A stretch of DNA of 63,530 nt, filler included. It is 5 parts of 5 records of this genome, joined end to end, with 100 filler letters (N's around TTAATTAATTAA, not from the genome) between each part and the next. Parts side by side here need not be neighbours in the genome. Positions count along the whole stretch, not along the records: positions 1 to 25,909 come from SRR20825019_951; 4 more parts are not named here. One strand, written 5' to 3'. The notes under the pieces were generated by a model, which made no database searches, was not told the origin of the DNA, and saw nothing but the letters and a program-made list of their open reading frames with translations. The position numbers were made by a program, and so were the translations under genes. This document shows, piece by piece, positions 1-11,301 of the stretch (its first letter is position 1; the number at the start of each line of letters is the position of its first letter).

Positions 1-272
1 TCGTCGTCGTCATCATCGTCATCATCGTCATCGTCATCGTCATCGTCGTCATCATCGCCATCGTTCTCACCTTCGCTATCGTCGTCACTGTCGTCATCAC
101 CACCACCCTCAGCACCAGAGCCGTCTGATCCCTCAGACTCGCCCCCAGACTCTGAGTCCTCTGAGTCCACCTCACTACCGTTTTCATCATTGTCGTCATC
201 TTCCTCTTCTTTGTACGACACCTGCCGTTTAGCGGAGCGGCGGGGACGAATGACTTCCTCCTCGGAACTCAT
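1..272 (-). CDS. N-terminus of an unknown eukaryotic protein with a long Asp/Glu/Ser-rich tract (runs off the window start)
   Basis: Hand translation from ATG at 272: MSSEEEVIRPRRSAKRQVSYKEEEDDDNDENGSEVDSED...DDDD, open to position 1. A basic patch followed by an acidic tract is typical of nuclear/chromatin proteins. Confidence 0.6.
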   Translation of the reverse strand, partial: MSSEEEVIRPRRSAKRQVSYKEEEDDDNDENGSEVDSEDSESGGESEGSDGSGAEGGGDDDSDDDSEGENDGDDDDDDDDDDDDDDDDDD

Positions 273-1190
273 CGCTTAACTCGTGCCTAAGCCTGAGAAA
301 TGCGTGGCGTGTATACTTATCCGAACCCATGATGCTGCTCATCGTGAACGGCACGCCCGCTTCATGGTACCAGTGGTCGCAGCCGGGCCCGGCGACTGCC
401 GGGCCATCCTTGCGGCCGGGGCGCGTCGGCTGTCAGCCCCAGCGCACTCCATTCAGTGTCAGGCTGAGCGGCGCAGCAGAGCGGCCCGGCCGGCCGCGTC
501 GCCGAAACTGGAATAGCGACTCACCGAGTCTACTCAGCCAGGGCACTGGACCCCGGGAGCCGGCCCGCCACGACCCGTTGCGAGCGGCACTGACCGGAGT
601 TCACACGTTGGGAGTGCCTGTGGTGCCTCGGTGGTTCCCGCCAAAACTTGAGCACTCATGAATGATTTTGGATCGGATGTTTCGAGTTCGATCAGTAAGG
701 AGCCCCCGGCCACTCCCGGCCTCAAGGCCGAGCCCGGGCCGGCGCGGCGCCGCCCGGCGGGTGCCGCCCGCCGGCGCGGCGCCGCCCGCCGGCGCCGCGC
801 CTCGGGCGGCGACCCCGCCCTGGGCACGGGCGGAGCCCGGCGGGCGCCCAACCGGCTTCGTTGGGTTGCCGCGTTGGGCGGCCCGGCCGCCCGGCCGCCC
901 GGCGCGGCCCGGGCGGGCCGCGGGTGTCCGGCCGGGACGGACCCCTCGCCCGGGGGCGGGTCCCCGGGGGCGGGGGGCGGCCGGGGTGACCAGCGAGGGC
1001 CAGACAACTCCGCAGGGCGAGCGGTGGCCTCCGCGGACATGCCGCCGGCGGGCTCGCGGCGCCGCCCCCGCGGGCGGCCAGCCGCACACCCGCTGAGTCT
1101 CATCAATCAGCACCGCCCATGCTCAAACGCTTCCAAATAGATATATGAGTCGTTGGTGTTGAACTTTTTGACTTCGTTCCCATATTGACT

Positions 1191-3094
1191 ATGTTGGCAC
1201 TGCGCCGAGGGATTACACCTTCCCTCGCGCGAAGGGCTTCGGGGGCATGCTGGCTACGACGGCCACTCTCCACAATCCCTGGTGGGAAGGATGATAAAGA
1301 ACCTAAGGTGGTCGAGGTGCCGAGAGGGCAGTTTGAGGTCTCAATCGACAGGAGTGGGCTTGCACGGCCATACACACCAGCGAGTATGTGTTGGAGGGGC
1401 CGAAGGTCATCTCTTCTTTTTTTGACTTGTGCATTTAGGTGAAGAGGATGCAAGAAACAAATCCCCGGAAACACCATTACTAGATGAGTTGAGGACAAGG
1501 ATTGAGGTTCGGCCCGGTGTGGCGTGGTGCAGGAAGGCTCACGTGGTTAACATTGCTCCCAGGTGCAAGGCCCCTTGACTGTTGCTGAGTACGTTCGTGA
1601 GGCATTGACCAATCCCCGCCACGGATACTACATGAGCTCAAGTGTGATCGGTTCGGGGGGCGACTTCATTACCAGCCCAGAAATATCCCAGATGTTTGGC
1701 GAGGTACCCTTCTCTAAGTGATCCTCTTTCGGTTACAACTAACAGCTTGGAAGATGGTAGCACTATGGTGCATGACTACATGGCAGTCACTCAAGCTCCC
1801 TGATATGCAATATGTGGAGCTGGGCCCTGGTAAGGGAACCCTTGTAGCCGATATCTTGAGGGCGACAAGATCCGCTCAGGACTCTTGCGATATGACAAGT
1901 GTTCATCTCGTTGAGGCTAGCCCTGCCTTTCGATTAAAACAGCGTGACAGTATTGGTGAGATCATCGGCGGGGAGCATGCAGGGGTACTGACTTTCTTGT
2001 GTACATAGCAAGGGCTTTGGGAGATGATATTCCCAGTGAGGAACCCGACGGAGTGCTGACCGAGTATACGAGCCCCTCGACTGGGTTGGAGGTTAAGTGG
2101 TACTTCAGTTTCAGTGAAGTCCCTAAGCGTATGTTTTCTAGGCAAGGTTTTGTATGGGGTCCTGTTTACTGATGCATTTGGTCAGGGCCTTCCTTCTTCA
2201 TTGCACACGAGTTCTTTGATGCTCTGCCCCCTCATCAGTTCCAAGTGAGTAGAGTACTGGCTCAATTGACAGCCAAGTGCGTTGACGAATGCGTGGAATG
2301 CGTGCAGTATACCGATCGAGGATGGTGCGAAAGATTGATAGATATGGACAATAGCGATGGGTATGCGGGCGCGAATAAGATTGCACACGAGAAACTAATG
2401 GACTTGACAGACCACATCACCTCCGATATGTATTGTCCTCGGGGCCAACAGTGGCATCCCGCGTCCTCTTGAAAGGAGGGGAGAACATCGTTCAGACCAG
2501 TGATGGAAGTGGTAGCGAAATAGCATTGGGAGAGATGGTTGAAATATGCCCGGATGGATGGGCAGTTGCAGAGAACATAAGCAAGCGCATCGTGAGGGAT
2601 GGTGGTGCTGCACTCATAGTTGATTATGGGAAGAACTCAGCATACGCCGACAGCCTGCAGGTAAGCCTCGATGGAATTGCAACACACCTCGTGCCAATCT
2701 AGAAGTAGGGAATCAGTGGACATCGATTCGTGGATCCCTTGGAAACGCCAGGGCAGGCAGACCTGAGCATTTATGTTGACTTCGCCTCCCTTGCCGAGGT
2801 AGCACGGACAAACGGGGGTGAGTCTTGCTAGTACAGTTGAGCACTTTCAAGCTGACCTTCAATGCTGTCGCAGCCAAACCATTCGGTGCTGTCACCCAAG
2901 GAGAATTCCTGAAACGGATGGGTATTGAAGCACGTCTAGCATCTCTCTTGCTCGAGGCAGATGAGGAACAAGCGCAGGTCTTAATTTCATCTTATCGCCG
3001 CCTTGTTCTCGGTGGTGACAACATGGGAGAGGTATACAAAGTTCTTAGCATTCTCCCGCCGTCTGCAGACGACGGTCTATCACTCACATCATGA
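1191..3094 (+). CDS. NDUFAF7: Mitochondrial protein arginine methyltransferase NDUFAF7/MidA (multi-exon)
   Basis: Arg-rich presequence MLALRRGITPSLARR; exon motifs GYY...GDFITSPEISQMFGE, VELGPGKGTL, HLVEASP, AHEFFDALP, LIVDYG, PGQADLS, TQGEFLKRMGIEARL, MGEVYKVL; short GT-AG introns between them. Confidence 0.9.
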
Positions 3095-3175
3095 GGAATC
3101 AAGCCTGCGGCGAAGCATCCCCTTGAGGAATTATCGCAAATCAGCGTGCACTCTCCTGACCACAATAAAGCCTAA

Positions 3176-4728
3176 TCAAATGCCGAATAGTCTCTCAATA
3201 CGTGCCCATATGCTCTCTGCTACGACTCTCTGCGTTCTGCATAGCAGTCCAGGCCCTGCCCTTGATACCAGCCACATCACCAAGTTCCATTTCGGGTTCA
3301 CCGGAAACGAACTCTCCTGTCGATCCGCGGTCTCGCATCTCGGCGTATGAGGGGCCACATGAACTACTTCCTCGACGGAGGCGCGGGAACCTGGGCTCCT
3401 CTTAGTTACCCCTCGAGTAGGCACGAGCACTGCAGAACTTACTTGACAAGGTCCTGAATACCCCTGAGCGGACTGGCCACAGGGACGCCCGCGGAAAACG
3501 CATCGTTTTCGTCGTCCACATAGTTCACCTTTACCGCAAAAAACGCAATAACTCCATATGGAATGCAGAGAATCAACCCCACCGCGACGAGAACACAGCC
3601 AAGCCAAAACTTTGCGCTGCGCGAAAAGTGCAGAGTAGAAGACTCCGATTTCGCATTCTCCATGTACAAGAACGGATCATGAACAGATCGCACCATTATA
3701 TCCAGATCGCTAAAGTCAACCGCCCCGGTCAGTGCTTTCCCTGCCCGGGAGTCAGAAAACAACGAGGAACACCTTGCAAAACCCTCTCACCGCCCGTCTT
3801 CTGTGACTTCAAGACCCAAGGGCTCCACCCATGCTGCGGCTCGCATCCTTTTCTGGAATCAATTGTTAACACAACGTCTCTTGATACAAACCGTAACCGT
3901 ACTGTTCTTCATTCAAGACCCAGCTTCCGTCGGTGGCTTTAGAGACTTGGACACAAAGTCGGCGCAACTTGCGGAATTTGAGGCATTGGCCGTTCACCCA
4001 TGCAGCGTACCCATCAAACCTACACACTAATACATCACTGTCAAAGTGTTGAAAAACGGAAAGGGTGTGATCACGAACGTACTTTTGTGATTCTTGGGCT
4101 TTGCTTCAACGGAGACAAACGGTACCGCTCCTAGATCTACTTTCGACTCCAGATTCGTGCGGTGGTCGTATATTTTCACTATGATCTCATCCTTGCTCTG
4201 GTGAATACTCGCGCTTCCCCTGCCTTTTTGTGAGACCTCAGATATCTGCCGCCAGGTTAAAGTACGAACCAGTCTTGTGGAGAAAGGTCGGCCGCGCTGT
4301 GAGACTTATACTTCAAAGCGTCATACTTCACACCTTCCAAACCAGGATCCTGCGCAAGTCGGTTACAATGTCCCAAAACAAACGCATCAAGGACTTACAT
4401 CAGCTGTATCATCCGCAGGCATTGCAGTCTGTTCGCCAGCAGCCGTGATAGTGACCTTCAGACCCGCGAACTCTTCCCTGTACTCACTCGACCACATCTA
4501 TACCAATATTAAGACAGTGACCTCGCTCTCGAGAAACCTGCTGTGACTTACCAGCACCCTACTGTTGTATTCTGCGCCAACAACGTTGTTGTGAACATTC
4601 ACTTCATGGGTTACAAGCACAACGCCCGCGAGAACACAGGTAGTCAGGACCAAGCACGCTGCCGCTAACAAGCCAAGTCGACTGGCTTCACTCCATACCA
4701 GCTCTTTCTCCTCTTCTTCGGCTTCCAT
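3176..4728 (-). CDS. Unknown multi-exon membrane protein (hydrophobic segments near both ends); exon structure and 3' end not resolved
   Basis: First exon MEAEEEEKELVWSEASRLGLLAAACLVLTTCVLAGVVLV followed by a GTAAGT donor; second hydrophobic segment FWLGCVLVAVGLILCIPYGVIAFFAV; GTAAG/GTACG...AG introns on the minus strand. Confidence 0.5.
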
Positions 4729-5696
4729 GGTACTTCAATCTCAGATCAGAGTTCCACCTAATAGCACCGCCAAAACACGATAAATGTAGGACGTAGGAGA
4801 CTCATGAGAGTGTTATGCAGAGTCCATGAGTCATGTAACCCGTTTTAGTGTAACATTACCCTCAACACTTCGCCACTAGGAATGACTGCCCGGACCGGCC
4901 ACTAGACCGACCACTCCTGGATCCCAGCCCCTCAGGGCCGTCGCAGCGCGCCGGTCCTGTTGCCCCGGCGCCGCGGCGCCGCCCGGGCCCGCCTTGCCGG
5001 GGGCCCGCCGGGCCAGGCATGCGCGGCGCCGGCGGCCGGCCCAACGTTGGGCGGGCCGGGCCGGCCAGCCACCGTCGCCATACTATGATGAGTGCGAACT
5101 TTGCCACTGCGGCGGTCATGATTGAGTGAACAGTCAAAAACACGGTTCGGAGTGATCGAATTAGCTAAATAGTCGGATATAAACTCTACCGGAAGTATCT
5201 AAACTTGATTCTCAACTCTGTAGCATCGGAAAATTCGTGCTCCGGCCGGGGTTGGACGCCCAGCTGCCATGCGGCGACCCCCCTGACCGTCACGACTGCG
5301 GCGGTGTCGATCCATCAACACACCCCCGCCACCCCGTCACCGGAGGCGTCCTTTCTGAGGGCCTGGCCCGTGCACTCTGCGGCGGGGCCGGGGGGTGGAC
5401 CGGGACGGATGATCAGTTCCAACCCGTCCGGGGGCAGAGGTCGACTCGGTTTCGCTCACTCCAGGTCGGCCGGGCCCACGGCCTGCGGCCCGTGAATCCC
5501 GGGAGCTGCAGCACCACGGCGCGTGTCCGTGCCCCCGATGTCCGACCTAGGCCTTCATGTGGACCACAGAGGCCAGCCCACTGACCTCTGCTAGTCAACA
5601 TTGCTATTGCAACTCGGCTTGTGGTCATAGGAGGTTGCAACGACATAATTATATCTTGAATAACAAAGATGGTCAATTTACTGCAGTTATAGTGAT

Positions 5697-7948
5697 ATGG
5701 AGGGAAAGAATAGTTTTGGTGTGGTAGGAATCCTTGGTGGTGGCCAACTTGGACGTATGACCGCAACAGTTGCCCAGCGACTTGGCTATCAGGTCCATAT
5801 TGTCGAGCCCAACCCTGCTGCGCCGTGTTCGTCCATGTGCCACCATCAGGTTGTTGGTGACTTCAAGGATCCCAAGGCCATCAAGGAGCTTGCCGCAGGC
5901 AAGGACGGGGTGAAGCCTGACGTGGTGAGTGTGCTGTGGCAGTTGGCGCGGTGCAGGCCTAAGCACCTTGCCTGTGCAGGTAACTGTGGAGATTGAACAC
6001 GTCAACTGTGACGCCTTAGATGAGCTTGTGGCTGCCGGTGTTACGGTGAAGCCGTTGCCAGACACGATCCGCATTATTCAGGTGAATGGGTTTCCTCGAG
6101 CACATGGCTGAGTCCCTAACTTTGGGCGTTGATACAGGACAAGTATCGCCAGAAGGTTCACTTTTCAAGCTTTGAGTCGTCCTGTGGCGAGAAAATCAAA
6201 CTTGTGGACTACAAGGAGGTTCCTGAAGGTAGTGCCTCTGCGAAACGCGAGAGTATCAGAGAATTCGGCCAGGATCACGGATTCCCTTTAATGCTGAAGG
6301 CCAAGCGCGGCGCTTATGATGGCCGTGGGAACCGCCTTGTTTACCACCGCGAGGAACTGAGCTCTATTGAAGATGAATGGCTTGAGAAGACGGAGCTATA
6401 TTTGGAGGCGCACTTTGACTTTGAGCAAGAACTCGCTGTCAACGTTGTCTGTGGAAAGGACGGGATCTTCTCTTTCCCCACTGGTACTACTCCTTGTTGA
6501 CAATTTGGCGTGTGACTGATTCCGCTGTTTAGTTGAGACTTACCACTCCAACAACATCTGCCACGCGGTCGTGGCTCCCGCCCGCGTTTCGCATGAGATC
6601 GCTGAGAAGGCTCGCAGACTCGCAGAGCTGGCAGTGATGTCTTTTGGAACTGACAGCTATGGCGTATACGGTGTGGAGTTGTTTTGGGACGGATCTGATC
6701 AGGTCTATTAGTCACGAGTGGTTGGCTTTCAGTTGCTGACAGTGTAACTAGGTTGTGGTTAATGAGATTGCCCCTCGTCCGCACAACTCCGGGCACTACA
6801 CTATTGAGGCGTGTGATATCAGTCAATTTGAGGCACATGTGCGCGCCATTATGGGGTTGAAGCTGTGGAGTAAGTCACATCACTACTTTTGCTGTTTTAC
6901 GGTATGCTAATAAGCGCAGCCCCCAAGATGATCCGGCCTGTGGCGTGCATGTTGAACACCCTTGGGGCCAACAGGACGTGCACTCTTAAAGAAGATATGA
7001 ATCTAACCCGTGATGAAGTGCATTCTGGACGTACGAAAAGGTGTCGATGCTACCGCAACTCATCTCTAATGCATTGTATAGAGAACACGGAGGATGTATA
7101 CGTGCACTGGTATGGAAAGAAATTTGATGAGAAGTTCCGCGGAAGGAAGATTGGCCACATCACCGTCACCGGGAATTCATATTCTGAGCTTGTGAATACT
7201 ATAAGTGAGCCGGATTAGGTGGCGAAAAATGTTTCGATCTGACGATGAGTGTAGAGGGTCTGGTCGTTCAAGGCGTGGAAGTCCCTGATTCCATGAGGCC
7301 CGCGGGAGTGAAGAGTCCGGCACAGGTTGCTGTTATCATGGGAAGTGACTCGGACTTGCCCACCATGAAGGCCGCTGTCGAAAGTATGCTTCGCGTGGAA
7401 TTTTTCGTGTCAGATACTCATTGTAATGCTACCAGTTCTTGAGCAATTCGACATATCCACTGAAGTTACCATTGTGTCCGCCCACCGCACCCCTGAGCGC
7501 ATGTTCAAATTTGCTCGCGAGGCACACACCCGAGGCATCAAGGTGATTATTGCTGGAGCTGGCGGTGCGGCTCACCTTCCTGGTATGGTTGCGTCCATGA
7601 CGCCGCTCCCAGGTATGACATAGGTCAGCGAAGGAGTATCGAGCGTTGATCCTGACTATGGTTGCTGTAGTGATTGGTGTCCCTGTTAAGCTCGCGACCC
7701 TTGACGGCCAAGATAGCCTCCTTTCAATTGTTCAGATGCCTCGCGGTGTTCCTGTGGCAACTGTGGCGATCAACAATTCCACAAACGCGGGCCTTCTCGC
7801 TGTGCGAATGGTGGGCGCATCCAACCCTAAGGTGCTGGAAAAAATGATGGATTACCAGAATGAAATGCGCGATACCGTAGAAATCAAGGCTGAGAGGCTT
7901 GAGAGGTGTGGTTGGAAGACCTATATGGAGGATAACCTCAAGCAATAA
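5697..7948 (+). CDS. ADE2: Phosphoribosylaminoimidazole carboxylase, fused PurK-PurE (multi-exon)
   Basis: [96 protein letters not shown]; introns e.g. 5925-5979, 6082-6137, 6484-6532, 6703-6751, 6870-6919. Confidence 0.95.
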
Positions 7949-8069
7949 AGGAGTTATTGCTGAGCTTCATGCATGATCTATGGAAGTGTTTATCCCTCTG
8001 TCCCAATACGCAGGTCCACGACAAGGAACTCTGTGACGAACATACCGCCATAGCGATCCCGCGATATAA

Positions 8070-9318
8070 CTATACCTGGGCTGCCACAGTCCACACCCCA
8101 AAGGTGTACAACAGGCGAATCATAAGAAGATCACGAAACATTGTCGCCGTAGCACTCCAGATAGATAGCTTGGATCCGGGGATTTCCGTCCATGTGATTG
8201 GCACTAGTGAAATCAGCAACGTATGCTCATTTCAAACACTAACATTTCAGCGCACCTTCAACAATGGGGATTCTCAGCTTGTTTGCTATAAAGAGCAGCT
8301 CAACATCAAAGGACCAACGGTCCAGGTGACTAGAGTTGAAGAGTTTCTGCGCGGTCTTTCTATTGAACAACTTGAAACCACACTAATAAGACAAGTCAGT
8401 CCCCCATCTCATTTCTGTCACAACAACCAACCTGTGTGTCCTTGATGCCCGCCACGCAAGTAATGGCCACGTAATAGTGGAAGCCATGCATAAGCACATT
8501 GCGGTACCATGCACGCTGCAATTTTAGTTGAGACAACGCTCGCACAACAGATAGTAACGACATACCTTGGCAACAGCATCACTCTTGACCAAGTGGTTGC
8601 GAGACCCTACTGCAACCCCTTCACCAGCCCTTTCACCGGCGGTTAGCTCTTCCTCCAGCTTTTCAAGATCAGTAATCAGCGATGCACCATCAGCGTCCAC
8701 CATCAGCATCCGCTTCCCACGAGCACGGAGCATGCCCTTGGCATATCAAGTCAGCCACACGTGAATGACATACTGAGAACTCATACTTTGCGTACGGCCC
8801 CACCCTTTCCATTGTTACGACTGAGCTTTAGTACCCGGACCCGATCGGAGGTCCACTTTTTGCAGTAACTCATTGCTAATTCAACTGTCTTATCCCGGCT
8901 GTAGTCGTCCACAATGATCATCTACATACAGTGTCAACATTAGCACTGGTGTGCACAAAAAATATCGCGAAGCACCTCATATGTGAACTTAGGGTGCAAG
9001 CGTTTCCTCGATTCAAGGTAGTTCATGGTCTCAGTAAACATAGAAGGAAATCGCTCCTCTTCATTGTAAGCGGGAACTATTAGAGACAAGTCCACAGTGG
9101 GATTAGTAAGTATCGTCGGGAACTTCTTGCGCTTCCCATGCTCGTCAATGTAGTAGTCTTCTTCTTCAGTGGAGACCTGCCTGAGCCGCGCCTCTCTAAC
9201 TGGCCCAAGCATCCAATAAACAACCCCGGCAACCTGCGGCGTGTGAGAGTTTAGACTAAGTAGCTCAAATACGTACCATGCCAGCAAAAACTGTTGACAT
9301 GACAAAGAAGACGGCCAT
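8070..9318 (-). CDS. ALG5: Dolichyl-phosphate beta-glucosyltransferase (GT2 family, multi-exon; 3' end approximate)
   Basis: N-terminal hydrophobic segment, LSLIVPAYNEEERF, NGKGGAVRK, MLMVDADGAS, AVGSRNHL, DTQ..GFKLF, RWSFDVELL, WTEIPGSKL, MFRDLLMIRLLY. Confidence 0.9.
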
Positions 9319-10487
9319 GTCGACAATAACTCAATAAACTGTAAAACTATCCTATAAATTATTTAGCACACCAATTGGACGGCCTTCCTAAAACTTTCTT
9401 GAGAGCCGCCGTGCCAAACGTCAGCCTAAGCAATCGGTAGCCAGAGTGTACCAAAGTTAGGGTTCGTTGTTGGGCCCGCGAGGCCGATTCCCGCGTGGAC
9501 GGAGCCCCCGTGCGATGCCGACAGCCAGCCATGTAAACCGGTACCAACACAGCTGGGGCGTCTCGACCTCACCACAAGGCTGCGGCCCGCCTCGCGCGGA
9601 CTTGCTGTGGTCCGGTCCGTCCGCCCCATCAAAGACACCCGGCCCTGCCGCTACACCGGCCCGGCTCACCGGTCCGGCGACTCGGGCCCGGCCGGCCGAG
9701 CGGGGTGGTCTCAAATCATCAGCCGGGTGGCCTGAAACTGTTCGGACCTCGGCCATCCTTTAACCAGATTTACCGAAACAGTTTCACGAGACACACAACA
9801 TGGATCCTCACGATCTCCCTGGCTGGAGATTCAGCAACGTTCGGAACCCTCGATTCGAAAGCCCCCGTGTGCCGCCGGGCGGGGGCCGGGGCCCGGCTCC
9901 GGCTGCCCGGCCGAGGGGCCGGCCGCCCCGCGGCCCGACCGCCCCGCGCGCCGACGACTGACGGGGCGGGAATGAATGCCGTCTGGAGCCCGCGGCCTGC
10001 GGCGCCGCACCACGGGACGGCCCTCGGGCGTTGTTCGCGAGTCGGTGCCGACCGCGCGGCTCTGCTCACTTACCCGGCGTCCCTGTGGCCGGTCCGCGCG
10101 CACTGAGCCCGCCACAAAGTAGGCGATCGGGATTCCCGGCCGGCTGCCGGGCCGGCGGCCGGGTCGTGCGACGGGTCTGCCCACCGCACGGTGAAAGCGA
10201 GGGCCGGGTCGAGCTGGACGGCTCAGCCTGCGCGGTACCGAGATCCGCCCCCCGTGGCTCTCTGTCGCTACCGGCGTCGGTCGCCGCTGAGGTGACCGCA
10301 CTCTCGCGGGGTATAGCGCACCCCGACGGGGGAAGTGAACCCGTGCGGCCAGCAGAGCAAATCACTTTACCAAGTGGTCAAAGCAGTAAAGCCTAAACCC
10401 GAAAACAAGGTCATCTCTTGTTGAACACCGGTGTTCTACCAACATGAGTATATCAACAAGACATACTATAGCATAGATATCGAGGAA

Positions 10488-11159
10488 ATGACACAAGCCG
10501 GAAGATGTCCCAACTGCTCAAAAATGCAGGAGGAAATCACTCGACTGCAGACTCTGTGCAATGACTTGCTATTTCAGATGGTCATGAAGGGCGTCACACC
10601 TGAAGTGGATACTTCAGTGTTGAAGAATGGTTTATGCGGGAATAAGGGTGTAGGTGGAGGAGGTGACCACACGGGGTGTGTGATGTGCCAAAAGGAACAC
10701 GAGAAACACAAGGGCTTGTCAGATACTCCGAGCCGAGCCGTAGCCCCAACAGAAGAGCCCAGCTTGCGAAAGAGTGTACAAGGCCCGAATAACAAGCAAA
10801 TTGGACCAATCACATATCCACTACGACCGGGAGACCCAATCAGGAAGCCTATGGTTGTGCTTGCCGATGACTATCTCGCCACGCACCCAACGCCCCCCAC
10901 GAGTAAGATAGTTTTTTCCGTGGATAAGAACTCCTGCTACGATCCTGCAGGAGAGGAACCTGTGGCCAGCACTCCTAACAGAATACGACGAGCAAGACTC
11001 AGAGACCCCGCAGGAGCCGGGAGCTCGTCGGGTAATGAGCATGCGGTGACTGTTTTGGGTATGAAGGGTGTTGTAGACAATTGCAGCTCGGCTGCACGGA
11101 GAGAACTGGAAAACCGACGTCAGTTGTACTCTGGAGGGAACCCGAAAGCGGAAAACTAG
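10488..11159 (+). CDS. Intronless hypothetical protein with CxxC motifs and a short coiled coil
   Basis: 242-codon ORF with ATG at 10488; CPNC...EITRLQTLCNDL and CVMC...HEKH; it lies between a GC island and a convergent gene. Confidence 0.55.
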   Translation: MTQAGRCPNCSKMQEEITRLQTLCNDLLFQMVMKGVTPEVDTSVLKNGLCGNKGVGGGGDHTGCVMCQKEHEKHKGLSDTPSRAVAPTEEPSLRKSVQGPNNKQIGPITYPLRPGDPIRKPMVVLADDYLATHPTPPTSKIVFSVDKNSCYDPAGEEPVASTPNRIRRARLRDPAGAGSSSGNEHAVTVLGMKGVVDNCSSAARRELENRRQLYSGGNPKAEN

Positions 11160-11301
11160 AGGTGACAGTGTTGTAGCGATGACATTTGGTGTCAGCACAT
11201 CCAACGTATGATGCAAAATGAAGTCCGTACAATAGGTACGCGCGATAATATTCAAGTCACAGTAAAGTGAGAACGCCTTTCCAAGTATCCATTTAGGATT
11301 A

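Noticed and set aside
1-110. TCG/TCA trinucleotide repeat as a microsatellite
   Set aside because: Explained by poly-Asp codons (GAT/GAC) of the minus-strand CDS.
283-1140. Many overlapping Arg/Pro/Gly/Ala-rich ORFs in the GC islands (also 4862-5584, 9426-10396, 13964-14925, 25488-25961)
   Set aside because: Stop codons are rare in near-pure GC sequence; all frames are open and none has recognisable motifs.
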